A DNA stretch of 64,000 bases from an uncultured Chloroflexia bacterium (GTDB lineage Bacteria; Chloroflexota; Limnocylindria; Limnocylindrales; CSP1-4): assembly GCA_963713975.1 (NCBI GenBank), contig OY970218.1:2720001-2784000 (forward strand), given 5' to 3'. The notes beneath the pieces are model-generated. The model did not search any database. It was not told the origin of the DNA and saw only the letters and a list, made by a program, of their open reading frames with translations. A program made the translations under genes and the position numbers. Shown piece after piece: positions 1 to 10,121 of this stretch (positions within the stretch are counted from its first letter, which is position 1; every line of letters starts with the position of its first letter).

Positions 1-177
1 GTCGGCCTCACCATCTCGGGCCTGATCGCCCGGGTCGGCAACATCACCTTTGCCTTCAGCCCAGCCACCCTCGCCGTCGCCCTGCTGTTCAGTCTGGCCG
101 TCGGCGTGGTGTTCGGCGTCTGGCCGGCCCGCCTGGCCGCCCGCCTCGACCCCATTGCCGCGCTTCGCTACGAATAG
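1..177 (+). CDS. ABC transporter permease (MacB/FtsX-type), C-terminal fragment
   Basis: Frame 1 reads ...AVGVVFGVWPARLAARLDPIAALRYE*, the typical MacB-family C-terminus; TAG at 175-177. Confidence 0.85.
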   Translation, partial: VGLTISGLIARVGNITFAFSPATLAVALLFSLAVGVVFGVWPARLAARLDPIAALRYE

Positions 178-190
178 GAGAGCACGTCCC

Positions 191-907
191 GTGACCACGC
201 CGCCGTTCGACCCGGGGAACCCCTCGTCCATCTCGCCCGGGGACCGCACCGAGCCGGTTCCGCCCGTCCCGCCCGTCCCGCCCTACCAGCCCGTGTTCCA
301 GCCGGTGGCACCCGAGCCCGCTTCCGCGCCGATCCCGGCGGTGCCCGTCCCGGCGTCGCCGGTCCGGCGCACCTCGTCCGGATCGTCGCGCGCGATCAAC
401 GTCGTGCTGGGGGCTGCGGTGCTCATCGCCGTCGCGGGCATCTCGTTCGCCGCAGGCCGCGCCACAGCACCCGCGGCGTCGGCGACGAGCGCCTTCGCGG
501 GCCGCAACGGCGGTGCAGCCGTTCCCGGCGCCAGCTTCGATCCCAACGGGAATGGATTTCCGGATGCCAGCGGCCGGCCCGGAGGCTTGACGGGCAACGG
601 CACGGGCACCGGCCGGGATGGCTTCGGCGGCCTCAGCGGCGGGCTCGTGATCGAGGGGACCGTGGATTCCGTGGCTCCCGACTCGGTCACGATCATGACG
701 GCCGAGGGCACCACCGTCACGGTGGGGACCGACTCGAGCACGACGTACCATTCCGCCACGCAGGCCGCGGCGTCGGACGTCACGGCAGGTGACACCGTCA
801 AGCTCCAGGTGGCCGGCGGGTTCCCGCGCGGCGGCAATGGCGGCGGTACGGGCGACAGCGGCTCGGTCGCGCTCGGCACCGCCGGCGACATCACCATCGT
901 CCCCTGA
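191..907 (+). CDS. Membrane-anchored Pro/Gly-rich protein with C-terminal DUF5666/OB-like domain
   Basis: GTG after an AGGAG RBS; one TM segment (VVLGAAVLIAVAGISFAAG); GTVDSV..SVTI..GTTVTV motif. Confidence 0.65.
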   Translation: MTTPPFDPGNPSSISPGDRTEPVPPVPPVPPYQPVFQPVAPEPASAPIPAVPVPASPVRRTSSGSSRAINVVLGAAVLIAVAGISFAAGRATAPAASATSAFAGRNGGAAVPGASFDPNGNGFPDASGRPGGLTGNGTGTGRDGFGGLSGGLVIEGTVDSVAPDSVTIMTAEGTTVTVGTDSSTTYHSATQAAASDVTAGDTVKLQVAGGFPRGGNGGGTGDSGSVALGTAGDITIVP

Positions 908-929
908 TCCGGGGGCCCAGAGGCACCAG

Positions 930-1607
930 ATGCACCTCCTCCTGGTCGAGGACGACGAACGCCTTGCCCGCGCCCTGACCCGCCTGCTCGAGGGCGACCG
1001 CCACGTCGTGGAGCACGCGCCCGACGGACGGACCGGGATCGAGCTCGCGGAGGCCATCGAGGGCCTCGACGCCGTCATCCTCGACATCGGGTTGCCGGAC
1101 ATGTCCGGCCTCGACGTCGCCCGCCGGATCCGTGCGGACGGCGTCGAGACCAGCATCCTGATGCTCACCGCCCGCGACACGGTCAACGACCGCGTGATCG
1201 GCCTCGATGCCGGCGCGGACGACTACGTCGTGAAGCCGTTCTCGTACCAGGAGGTCTCGGCGCGCCTGCGGGCCCTCGCCCGACGTGCCGAACCCGGTCC
1301 GCGGCGCCCGGAGCCCAAGCTCCAGTCCGGGTCCATCGTGCTGGACGAGGCCGCTCGCCGGGTGACGGTCGATGGTGCGACCGTGGACCTGAGCCCACGC
1401 GAGTTCTCGCTGCTGGAGGCGCTCCTCCGCCATACCGGCCAGACCCTGACGCGCGACCAGCTCCTGGATCTCGCCTGGCCGTTCAGTGTCGCGGTGACCC
1501 CGAACGCCGTGGATGCCTACGTCCACTACCTCCGAACGAAGCTGGGCGTTGCCGGGTCCCACCTCGAGACCGTGCGCGGCGTGGGATATCGCCTTTCCGA
1601 TGACTGA
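930..1607 (+). CDS. OmpR/PhoB-family response regulator
   Basis: MHLLLVEDD...ILDIGLPD...GADDYVVKPF...ETVRGVGY. Confidence 0.95.
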   Translation: MHLLLVEDDERLARALTRLLEGDRHVVEHAPDGRTGIELAEAIEGLDAVILDIGLPDMSGLDVARRIRADGVETSILMLTARDTVNDRVIGLDAGADDYVVKPFSYQEVSARLRALARRAEPGPRRPEPKLQSGSIVLDEAARRVTVDGATVDLSPREFSLLEALLRHTGQTLTRDQLLDLAWPFSVAVTPNAVDAYVHYLRTKLGVAGSHLETVRGVGYRLSDD

Positions 1608-3015
1608 CGGAGCCCGGGTCGACCCTCTCGAGGACGGTCCGGAGCGGGCGGTCCTCGCCGATGAGGCGCGCCTGTTGCGGCGGGTCCGGCTGCGCCTGGT
1701 GGCGTGGAGCGGCATCTCAACGCTGCTCGTCCTGCTGCTCCTCGGGGCTGCCCTGTATGCGGTCGTGGCGAACACGCTGGCGGCAGCCAGCGTCACCCAG
1801 CTCGCGAGCCGCGTCGACCCCTGGGTGACGGTGCTCGAGGGAACGGATCCCAACTCGGACCAGTCCCCAGGCTTCGGGTTCCAGCCGGGGCGGGGCAACA
1901 CCTTCCTGTTCGCGTTCGACGACGGTGGCCAGGTCGTCCAGCTGGGCCGCGAGCGGGTCGTGGTGCTGCCCGGCATGCCGGAGCCCGCCAGCCTCGCCGC
2001 CGCCCGTGCGGCCCCGGACGGACGGGACGTGCGCACGGTGGACGTGGAGATGGGCCCCGAGCCAGTTCCTTCCCGGCTGCTGACCCAGAGGGTCGTCTAC
2101 GCGGCCGACGGCCAGACGTATTTTCTTCAGGCGCTCCAGGACCGCTCGACCGAGGTGGACACGCTCAACGCGCTCCTGGTCGCGCTCCTCGCCGGCGGGC
2201 TCGTAGCGGTCCTCGTCTCCATCGGACTGGGCATGGTCTACGCGCGGCGCGCCCTCGTCCCGATCCGGGAATCCCTGGCCGCCCAGCGGACCGCCCTCCG
2301 CCGCCAGCGCGAGTTCGCCGCGGACGCCAGCCATGAGCTGCGGACGCCGTTGACCGTTATCCGAGCGTCGGTGGAGCACCTCGCCCGCCACCGCGACGAG
2401 CCGCTCGGCAGCTCGTCGGAGGCCCTCGACGACATCGATGCGGAGGTTTCGCACCTGTCCCTGCTCGTGGACGACCTGCTCCTGCTGGCCCGCTCGGACT
2501 CGGGTGCCGTGCCGCTGGACCGGATGCCGCTCGACCTGGGTGACGTTGCGCTCGATGCCGCGGCCGCGGTGGGTCGCACCGCGGGGGGGCGGGGGGTCCT
2601 CGTCCGGGTGGACCCCGAGCCGGTCATGCTCGTTGGTGACCCCGCCCGACTGCGCCAGCTGGTCATGATCCTGGTCGACAACGCCGTGCATCACAGCCCC
2701 CGGGGCGGGACGGTTGACGTCATCATCCGACGGCAGCCCGGCTTCGCGTCGGTCGAGGTCGCCGACCAGGGACCCGGGGTGCGTCCGGAGGACATGGCGC
2801 ACGTGTTCGACAGGTTCTATCGCGCCCCGGGGGCACCGTCCGGCGGGACGGGGCTCGGTCTCGCCATCGCACACTGGATCGTGGAGCGTCATGGAGGCCG
2901 CGTCGGCGTTGCCAACCGGGTCGGCGGCGGTGCCGTGTTCAGGATCGAGCTCCCAGTGGGCGACGAGGGAGCAGCCTCGACGCCGGCCACCGGAACGGAC
3001 GTCCGTTCGGGTTGA
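1600..3015 (+). CDS. Sensor histidine kinase
   Basis: Two TM segments; H-box ADASHELRTPL; N, G1 and G2 boxes (LVDNA, DQGPG, GTGLGL); overlaps the regulator's stop codon. Confidence 0.95.
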   Translation: MTDGARVDPLEDGPERAVLADEARLLRRVRLRLVAWSGISTLLVLLLLGAALYAVVANTLAAASVTQLASRVDPWVTVLEGTDPNSDQSPGFGFQPGRGNTFLFAFDDGGQVVQLGRERVVVLPGMPEPASLAAARAAPDGRDVRTVDVEMGPEPVPSRLLTQRVVYAADGQTYFLQALQDRSTEVDTLNALLVALLAGGLVAVLVSIGLGMVYARRALVPIRESLAAQRTALRRQREFAADASHELRTPLTVIRASVEHLARHRDEPLGSSSEALDDIDAEVSHLSLLVDDLLLLARSDSGAVPLDRMPLDLGDVALDAAAAVGRTAGGRGVLVRVDPEPVMLVGDPARLRQLVMILVDNAVHHSPRGGTVDVIIRRQPGFASVEVADQGPGVRPEDMAHVFDRFYRAPGAPSGGTGLGLAIAHWIVERHGGRVGVANRVGGGAVFRIELPVGDEGAASTPATGTDVRSG

Positions 3016-3077
3016 GCGGACCCTCTGCCAGGGGCTGCCGCGGGCCGCTGCGTGCTACCCTCTGGCCATCCTGAGGG

Positions 3078-3117
3078 CCGGTCCCGTGAGGCCGGCGTCG
3101 CGGTCCCGTGAGGCCGG
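3078..3117 (+). promoter_or_regulatory. Tandem PyrR-binding-like RNA loops upstream of carAB
   Basis: CGGTCCCGTGAGGCCGG occurs twice with a 22-nt period; resembles the PyrR consensus RUCCNGNGAGGY; each copy can form a CGGTC/GGCCG hairpin. Confidence 0.7.
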
Positions 3118-3189
3118 GTAGGAGGAAGACCAGTGCGCATGCGCATGCCCGCCCGCGGCCTTCGCCCGCCGCGGCCCGCCGGGGCCTGA

Positions 3190-4362
3190 GTGACCGTTCC
3201 ACCGTCCATCGGACAGCCGCCGCTGCCGCGCGCCGACGCGATCGTCGACCCTCGGGTGGGCGACGCCGGTCCAGCGCTGCTGGCGCTGGAGGACGGCACC
3301 GTGTTCCCCGGCATCGCATTCGGTGCCGGCTCGGCGTCTGGCGGGGACCTGGTGGTCAACACCTCGCAGACCGGCTACCAGGAGATCGCGACGGATCCCT
3401 CGTATGCGGGCCAGGTCGTGGTGATGACGTACCCCCTGATCGGCAACTACGGCCGCCTCGAGGCGGACGACCAGTCGGAGCGACCCTGGCTGCGCGGGCT
3501 CGTGGTCGCGAACGCGACGGCCGCGGTCCTCGACGATGCGCGACAGCTGGCCACCCTCCTGCGGGCCAACCGGATCCCCGCCATCGCCGGGGTCGACACG
3601 CGGGCCCTCGCCCGCCACCTCCGGGCCAGCGGCTGCCTGCGCGGGATCATCACGGAACCGGGCATGACGGACCCGGACGCGGCCGTCGCGCTTGCCCGGG
3701 CCGTGCCCCGCTGGGAGGACCAGGACTTCGTGGCCCAGGTCTCGCCGGCGGCGGTCCGCGAGATCGGTGAGGTCGGCGAGGATCCCGCGGTGCCCCTGGT
3801 CGCCATCGTTGACTTCGGGCTCAAGGCAAGCATCGTCGGCTCCCTGCGCCGCCGTGGTGTCCGCGTGCGCATCCTGCCGCACACCGCACCGGCCGGGGAG
3901 GTGCTGGCCGCCGACGTGTCCGGGATCGTGCTGTCCCCGGGCCCCGGCGATCCGGCGCGACTGGCCGGTCCCGTGGCGCTCGCCCGGACGATCATCGACG
4001 ACGGCCGGCCGCTGCTGGGCATCTGCCTGGGCCACCAGATCATCGGGCGCGCCGCGGGGGCCGAGACGAGCCGCCTGCGGTTCGGGCACCACGGGGCGAA
4101 CCACCCGGTCCAGGACCTGGACACGGGGTACGTGCAGGTGACGGCCCAGAACCACGAGGTCCAGGTGGTGGGGGACAGCCTCCTGGCGAGCTCGGGCTTC
4201 CGCGTCAGCCAGCTCAACCTCAACGACCGCTCGGTGGAGGGCCTGCGCCACGCGGAGAAGCCCATCGAGACCGTGCAGTACCACCCCGAGGGCGCGCCAG
4301 GGCCACTCGACGCGCTCGCCGTGTTCGACCGGTTCGTGGCCGCCTGCCGGCGCAGCGCGTGA
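3190..4362 (+). CDS. carA: Carbamoyl-phosphate synthase small subunit
   Basis: LALEDGTVF, TGYQE..TDPSY, SPGPGDP, GICLGHQ, QYHPE. Confidence 0.97.
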   Translation: MTVPPSIGQPPLPRADAIVDPRVGDAGPALLALEDGTVFPGIAFGAGSASGGDLVVNTSQTGYQEIATDPSYAGQVVVMTYPLIGNYGRLEADDQSERPWLRGLVVANATAAVLDDARQLATLLRANRIPAIAGVDTRALARHLRASGCLRGIITEPGMTDPDAAVALARAVPRWEDQDFVAQVSPAAVREIGEVGEDPAVPLVAIVDFGLKASIVGSLRRRGVRVRILPHTAPAGEVLAADVSGIVLSPGPGDPARLAGPVALARTIIDDGRPLLGICLGHQIIGRAAGAETSRLRFGHHGANHPVQDLDTGYVQVTAQNHEVQVVGDSLLASSGFRVSQLNLNDRSVEGLRHAEKPIETVQYHPEGAPGPLDALAVFDRFVAACRRSA

Positions 4363-7300
4363 CCACGCAACCACCCGGCGTCGCCCCGCTGCCGGTGCCG
4401 CCCATGCACGCCCACCGCCCCAAGCCGGCATCGGTGCTCATCCTGGGCAGCGGTCCCGTCGTCATCGGGCAGGCGGCCGAGTTCGACTACGCCGGGACGC
4501 AGGCCTGCCGCGCGCTTCGCGCCGAGGGTGTGCGGACGATCCTCGTCAACTCCAACCCGGCCACGATCATGACCGACCCCACGGTGGCCGATGCCGTCTA
4601 CCTCGAGCCGCTCACGGTGCCGGCGATCGAGGCCGTCATCGCGCGCGAGAAGCCAGAGGGGCTGCTGGCGGGCCTCGGCGGCCAGACCGCGCTCAACCTG
4701 GCGATGGCCCTGGCCGAGGCGGGGGTGCTGGACCGCCACGGCGTCCGTCTGCTGGGGACGCCCCTCGAGGCCATCCGGATGGCCGAGGACCGCGAGGCGT
4801 TCCGGGACCTGCTCGACCGGATCGAACAGCCCTACGCGCCGTCGTTCATCGTCGAGGGCGACGATGACGAGGCCCGCCTCGCCGCCGCGCGGGAGGCGCT
4901 CGAGACCATCGGCCTGCCGGCCATCATCCGGCCGGCGTTCACGCTGGGCGGGACCGGTGGCGGCATCGTCGAGACGGAGGAGGCGTACTGGGAGCGTGTC
5001 CGCGCCGGCCTGCGGGCGAGCCCCATCAAGCAGGTCATGATCGAGCGCTGTCTCGTGGGCTGGCAGGAGATCGAGTACGAGGTTATGCGCGACGCCGAGG
5101 ACACGTGCATCGCCGTGTGCTCCATGGAGAACGTGGACCCGCTGGGCGTCCACACGGGCGACTCGATCGTGGTGGCGCCCGTCCAGACGCTGACCGACCA
5201 GGTCCACCAGCGCCTCCGCAGCGCCTCGCTCGCCATCATCCGCGCACTGGGCGTGGAGGGCGGCTGCAACGTCCAGTTCGCGCTCTCGCCCGACTCCACC
5301 GAGTACGCGGTCATCGAGGTCAACCCGCGCGTCTCGCGCTCGTCGGCGCTGGCGTCCAAGGCCACGGGCTACCCGATCGCGCGCGTCGCGGCCCAGATCG
5401 CCACAGGCCGGACGCTGGCCGAGATCCCGAACGTGGTGACCGGCACGACCGTTGCCGCCTTCGAGCCGGCGCTGGACTACGTGGTGGTCAAGCTGCCGCG
5501 CTTCCCGTTCGACAAGTTCCCGACCGCGGACCGCCGCCTCGGGTCGCAGATGAAGGCGACCGGCGAGGTCATGGCCATCGACCGGACGTTCGGCGCGGCC
5601 CTCAACAAGGCGCTGCGGGGCCTGGAGCAGGCCGGCGCCGGCGGGCTGGGCGAGGACCCGTCGTGGCACCCGACCTTCGACTACCTGGCGGCCGTGTATG
5701 CCGGCGTCGACGCCGACGAGGGAGGGGAGGGGGGCCTCGACGGCCTGCCCCTCGAGGACACGGCCATCCGCTGGATCGACGAGCGCGGTGAGGCCTGCGA
5801 GAGCTCGCGGTTCGCCCAGCGCTCGGCGGCCCCGGTCGTCCTGCGGCAGTTCCTGGAGCCGTCCGACTCGCGGCTGTGGCGGATCCTCGGCCTGTTGCGG
5901 CGGGGCGTGCCGCAGGAGGTGGTCCGCAGGGCAACGGGAATCTCCGCCTGGTTCCTCGCCGAGATGGGCCGCAACGTCACGCTCGAGGCGGACGTCCGCG
6001 CCATGGGTCCGCGCCTCGTGGACCCTGAGGACGCCGAGGGCGCCGCGCTGCTGGCCACCGCCAAGCGGGCGGCCTTCGCGGACCGCGACCTGGCGGGCCT
6101 CGCCGGGATCCAGGAGGCGGCCGTCCGCGGCGCCAGGACTGCCCTGGCGCTCGTGCCCGGGTTCGCCATGGTGGACACCTGCGCCGCGGAGTTCGCGGCC
6201 GAGACCCCGTACTTCTACTCGACCTACGCGTCTGCTGGCTCGCCGCCCGAAGCACCGCCGGTTGCCCGGCCCGCGGCCCTGGTCATCGGGAGCGGTCCGG
6301 TCCGGATCGGGCAGGGGATCGAGTTCGACTACTGCGCCGTGCAGGCGGCCGACGTTCTGCGCCGCGAGGGCTGGAGCGCGGTCATGGTCAACTCCAACCC
6401 TGAGACCGTGTCCACGGACTTCGACGCCTCCACGCGCCTCTACTTCGAGCCGCTGGACGCGGAGAGCGTCCGCAGCATCATCGAGTTCGAGAGCGGCGCA
6501 ACCGGGACCCACCGGGCCGCCGCCGCCGACATGCTCCCGGCGGTCGTCGCGTTCGGGGGCCAGACGCCACTCAACCTTGCCGCTCCGCTGGTCGCCGCCG
6601 GCGTGCCCCTGCTGGGCTCGGACCTGGAGGCGATCGACCAGGCCGAGGAGCGCACCCGGTTCTCCGCCCTCCTGGACCGCCTCGGCATCCCGCAACCCGA
6701 GGGTGGCATGGCGGAGTCCATCGAGGAGGCGCTGACCCTGGCCGAGCGGATCGGCTACCCGGTCATCGTCCGGCCCTCGTTCGTCATCGGCGGGCTCGCC
6801 ATCGACTTTGCGTACTCGCCCGAGGATCTCGCGCGCCACCTTGCCGCGGCCTCCGTGGTGGATCCCGACCGGCCCGTCCGGATCGACCGCTTCCTCGAGG
6901 GGATCGAGGTGGACGTCGACGCGATCTCCGACGGGACGGACGTGCTGATCCCCGGCCTCCTGGAGCACGTCGAGCGGGCGGGCGTCCACTCCGGTGACTC
7001 GATCGGGGTCTACCCGCCGCAGCACGTTGCCGACGGCGACCAGGCCCTCATCGTGTCCACGATGGAGCGCATCTGCCTGGCGCTTGGTGCGAGGGGGCTC
7101 GTGAATGCCCAGTTCATCGTCCGCGACGACGGGGTCTACCTGATCGAGGTCAATCCCCGTGCCTCGCGGACCGTGCCATTCATGTCCAAGGTGACCGGCG
7201 TGCCGATGGTGGAGCTGGCCGTCCGGATCTCGCTCGGGAAGACCCTGCGCCAGCTCGGCTGGGAGGGCGGCCTCCGCCCGGAGCCGCCGTTCGTGGCCGT

Positions 7301-7919
7301 GAAGTCGCCCGCATTCTCGACGGCCAAGCTCAAGGGCGTGGACCCGTCGGTCGGGCCGTTCATGCAGTCGACCGGAGAGGTCATCGGGATCGCGGTGGAC
7401 CCGCGCGTGGCCATGGCCAAGGCACTGACGGGCGCCGCGCTGATCCCGCCCCGGGCCGGGGAGGGCGAGCCGCCGCTGGTGCTGCTCTCGATCGCAGACC
7501 GTGACAAGTGGGGCGTCCCGGACCTGGGCCGGGCGCTGGTCCGGGCCGGCTACCGGCTTGCGGCAACGGGGGGCACGCGGGCAGCGCTCGAGGCCGTCGG
7601 CATCGACGCCATCGCACCCGTCGCCAAGTTGGGCGAGGAGCCGGTGGATGGCGAGGCCGGCATCCTCGAGCTCATCGCGTCGGGCGACGTGCGGCTGGTC
7701 GTCAACACGCCGACGCCCCGGTCGGGTGCCGTTCGGGATGCGGCCGACATCCGGCACGCGACGATCGCCGAGGGGATCCTGTGCTTCACGTCGATCGAGA
7801 CCGGGATCGCCGCGGCCGAGGCGCTGGACCCGTCGATCGCCGATGCCATCGCGATCGTGCGGCCGATCACGGACTGGGTTCCGGCGATGGCGCCCGACAC
7901 GGCGGCCGGCCGGCCCTAG
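4359..7919 (+). CDS. carB: Carbamoyl-phosphate synthase large subunit
   Basis: LILGSGPVVIGQAAEFDYAG, EVNPRVSRSSALASKATG, second ATP-grasp domain and MGS domain. Confidence 0.97.
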   Translation: MTTQPPGVAPLPVPPMHAHRPKPASVLILGSGPVVIGQAAEFDYAGTQACRALRAEGVRTILVNSNPATIMTDPTVADAVYLEPLTVPAIEAVIAREKPEGLLAGLGGQTALNLAMALAEAGVLDRHGVRLLGTPLEAIRMAEDREAFRDLLDRIEQPYAPSFIVEGDDDEARLAAAREALETIGLPAIIRPAFTLGGTGGGIVETEEAYWERVRAGLRASPIKQVMIERCLVGWQEIEYEVMRDAEDTCIAVCSMENVDPLGVHTGDSIVVAPVQTLTDQVHQRLRSASLAIIRALGVEGGCNVQFALSPDSTEYAVIEVNPRVSRSSALASKATGYPIARVAAQIATGRTLAEIPNVVTGTTVAAFEPALDYVVVKLPRFPFDKFPTADRRLGSQMKATGEVMAIDRTFGAALNKALRGLEQAGAGGLGEDPSWHPTFDYLAAVYAGVDADEGGEGGLDGLPLEDTAIRWIDERGEACESSRFAQRSAAPVVLRQFLEPSDSRLWRILGLLRRGVPQEVVRRATGISAWFLAEMGRNVTLEADVRAMGPRLVDPEDAEGAALLATAKRAAFADRDLAGLAGIQEAAVRGARTALALVPGFAMVDTCAAEFAAETPYFYSTYASAGSPPEAPPVARPAALVIGSGPVRIGQGIEFDYCAVQAADVLRREGWSAVMVNSNPETVSTDFDASTRLYFEPLDAESVRSIIEFESGATGTHRAAAADMLPAVVAFGGQTPLNLAAPLVAAGVPLLGSDLEAIDQAEERTRFSALLDRLGIPQPEGGMAESIEEALTLAERIGYPVIVRPSFVIGGLAIDFAYSPEDLARHLAAASVVDPDRPVRIDRFLEGIEVDVDAISDGTDVLIPGLLEHVERAGVHSGDSIGVYPPQHVADGDQALIVSTMERICLALGARGLVNAQFIVRDDGVYLIEVNPRASRTVPFMSKVTGVPMVELAVRISLGKTLRQLGWEGGLRPEPPFVAVKSPAFSTAKLKGVDPSVGPFMQSTGEVIGIAVDPRVAMAKALTGAALIPPRAGEGEPPLVLLSIADRDKWGVPDLGRALVRAGYRLAATGGTRAALEAVGIDAIAPVAKLGEEPVDGEAGILELIASGDVRLVVNTPTPRSGAVRDAADIRHATIAEGILCFTSIETGIAAAEALDPSIADAIAIVRPITDWVPAMAPDTAAGRP

Positions 7920-9436
7920 CCGGGGTACGCCGACGCGGGCACGGAGCCCGCGGCCGGGACCTCCACCACGATCGCCTGGCCCAGCGACCAGAGCGTGAGC
8001 GTGGTCAGGGCCACCATCACGATCGCCAGGGGGATCTCCCGGGCACGCACGTTGCGCCTGGTGGGGACCGGGGCGTCCTTGATCTTGCGGTGCCGCATGT
8101 CCCGGGGCGGTTTGGCGTTCGCGGCCGCCTCCGCGTCCCGCTGGGCGGTCACGTGGCCGGCCCACGCCCCGAGCATGTGGCCACCGACGACCGCGGCGAG
8201 CTGGGCGGTCCACACGAGGCCTGGTGGCAGCCATGACCCGGTCGGCGTGAAGAACGCCGTGCCGAACACGTCCCACCCCTGCTGGAGCGGGTCCGAGACC
8301 GCGATCACGATCCGCTGGCCGTCGATGAGCAGGTACGTCAGGTAGTGGGCGATGAGGTAGCCCATCGCGATCGGCAGCAGTCCGGCGCCGATCGCGCCCC
8401 AGCTCACCGAACGGCCGACCCAGAGCGCCGCCGCCGAGACCACGGCGAGCCATCCGAGCAGGAGGAACGTCTTCGCCACGAGCTGCGGAGCCCCGAACAC
8501 GGAGGCGAACGGGACGGTCTGCGACATGCCGTCGAAGATGATCGACGCAACGCCGATCGCGACCAGAACGACGAGGGGAGGGTTCCACGTCGCACCCAGG
8601 AGCGACGTCGCGAACGGGTGGCGGGCCACGACCGTCACGTCGACGGCGTCGGGATCGGTCGGGTCCGGCCGCTTCGGCGTCGCGGTCCCGGAGGCCGTCA
8701 CGACGCCCATCGGTGCCAGCCGGTTGAGCGTCCGGAACCAGACGGTGAACGTCTCGCCCTGGGCGCGCCACTGGTTCCGGCCGAACTGCGCCATCAGCAC
8801 GAGGGAGAGCAGCGTGTAGCCGGCGAGCACCACCGCAAGCGTCTGGCTGCCGACGACCGCCACGAGCTCCAGCCAGACGAAGAACGCGAGGCCCAGCACG
8901 GCCGGCCAGAGCCTGAGTGCAGGCGGGATCTCGGACACGGACCAGCCCCGGACGCCGACGACGCGCAGGATCCGGGCGAGGATGTCATGCAGCGTGGCGA
9001 ATGGATCGACCCACTCCCACACGGGCGCGACCAGTGCCGACAGGAGTGCGAGGCCGACCCACCCGTAGACCCACAGGAACAATGGGGCGACGGCGGCGTC
9101 GGAGGATCCTCCCGCGATGCCCTGCGCCATGATCCACGCCCATCCCAGGAGCCCGGTGGCGCGGAGCAGGTACCGGACGACCATGGGCACCGGGATGATG
9201 CGGTCGGGTGGCACATCGGGCGCCCGCATGTCCCTCGCGAGCACGAACAGGAACGACAGGGCCACGGTCACGGCGGCGCCGGCAAGGTACGCGGCGAGCG
9301 GCAGTGAGCTCTCGTAGCTGGGGGAGAGGCCGTGCGCCGCGGCGACCGCGGGGAGGGCGAGCACGATCGTGACACCGAGCGCGACACCCGCGGGGTGAGC
9401 GAGGCGCGCGCGCATGGGTCGCGGTTCAGGGCTCAC
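7916..9436 (-). CDS. Multi-pass membrane protein (resembles proteins annotated fenitrothion hydrolase); predicted mature N-terminal His
   Basis: About 11 hydrophobic segments; motifs SIIFDG and LLPIAMGYLIAHY; signal-like AVAAA-HG. Confidence 0.7.
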   Translation of the reverse strand: MSPEPRPMRARLAHPAGVALGVTIVLALPAVAAAHGLSPSYESSLPLAAYLAGAAVTVALSFLFVLARDMRAPDVPPDRIIPVPMVVRYLLRATGLLGWAWIMAQGIAGGSSDAAVAPLFLWVYGWVGLALLSALVAPVWEWVDPFATLHDILARILRVVGVRGWSVSEIPPALRLWPAVLGLAFFVWLELVAVVGSQTLAVVLAGYTLLSLVLMAQFGRNQWRAQGETFTVWFRTLNRLAPMGVVTASGTATPKRPDPTDPDAVDVTVVARHPFATSLLGATWNPPLVVLVAIGVASIIFDGMSQTVPFASVFGAPQLVAKTFLLLGWLAVVSAAALWVGRSVSWGAIGAGLLPIAMGYLIAHYLTYLLIDGQRIVIAVSDPLQQGWDVFGTAFFTPTGSWLPPGLVWTAQLAAVVGGHMLGAWAGHVTAQRDAEAAANAKPPRDMRHRKIKDAPVPTRRNVRAREIPLAIVMVALTTLTLWSLGQAIVVEVPAAGSVPASAYPG

Positions 9437-9440
9437 GCGA

Positions 9441-10121
9441 TCAGGCAGTCCGGCTGCGACGGAGGACGAGGACGCCCACGAGGGCCACGAGGGCCAGCGC
9501 TACAGCGATCGGGAGGATCACATCGCTGCCGGACGCGCTCGTCGAGGTTGTGTCGGTGCCGGAGCCAGGGCCCGGCGATGGGACGGCAGACGGCGGCGTG
9601 GTCGGCGCAGGCGTGGCCGTGGCCGTCACGGATGGTGACGCACTCTGGACGGTGGCTGGTGGCGGCGTCGGCGTGGCAGGCGCAGGCGATGGCTCGCTGA
9701 CCGTGAACGCGAGTGTGCCGCGCTCCACGTGGCCATCCTCCGCGACCGCGGCCCACTCGATGGTGAACACCCCTGGGCCCAGCACGAGCCCCGTGGCAGC
9801 CATGACCCTGGAGCCGTCCTTCGATGCCCTGCCCGTTCCCGCGGTCCCATCGGGTCCGAGGATCTTGAACGAGCTCTTGGCCGCATCCAGTCCCTCGGAG
9901 AACCTCAGGGTGATCGTCTCGGGCGGCGCGGAGAGGATCGAGTCTGCCGCCGGATCCGACCTCACGAGGTCGGCGTGGCCGAGGGCGGGAAGCGCGACCA
10001 GCATCGCCAGCATGAGCCCGGCTACGATCGGCAGGATGATCCTGGCAGAGACGCTGCGGGGGCGGATGCCCAGGGCGGCACGGCGTCCCCCAGGTCCACG
10101 GTTGTGCTCGGAGGTGGTCAC
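9441..10121 (-). CDS. copC: CopC-family copper-binding protein with Pro/Thr linker and C-terminal TM anchor
   Basis: ALG-HADLVRSDPA...LRFSE...W.AVAEDGH; GTG 8 nt after a TAGACT -10 element. Confidence 0.85.
   Translation of the reverse strand: MTTSEHNRGPGGRRAALGIRPRSVSARIILPIVAGLMLAMLVALPALGHADLVRSDPAADSILSAPPETITLRFSEGLDAAKSSFKILGPDGTAGTGRASKDGSRVMAATGLVLGPGVFTIEWAAVAEDGHVERGTLAFTVSEPSPAPATPTPPPATVQSASPSVTATATPAPTTPPSAVPSPGPGSGTDTTSTSASGSDVILPIAVALALVALVGVLVLRRSRTA

Noticed and set aside
3447-8771. 1774-aa antisense ORF and many other long overlapping ORFs
   Set aside because: Shadow frames of real genes in high-GC DNA; Arg/Gly/Pro-rich with no recognisable motifs.
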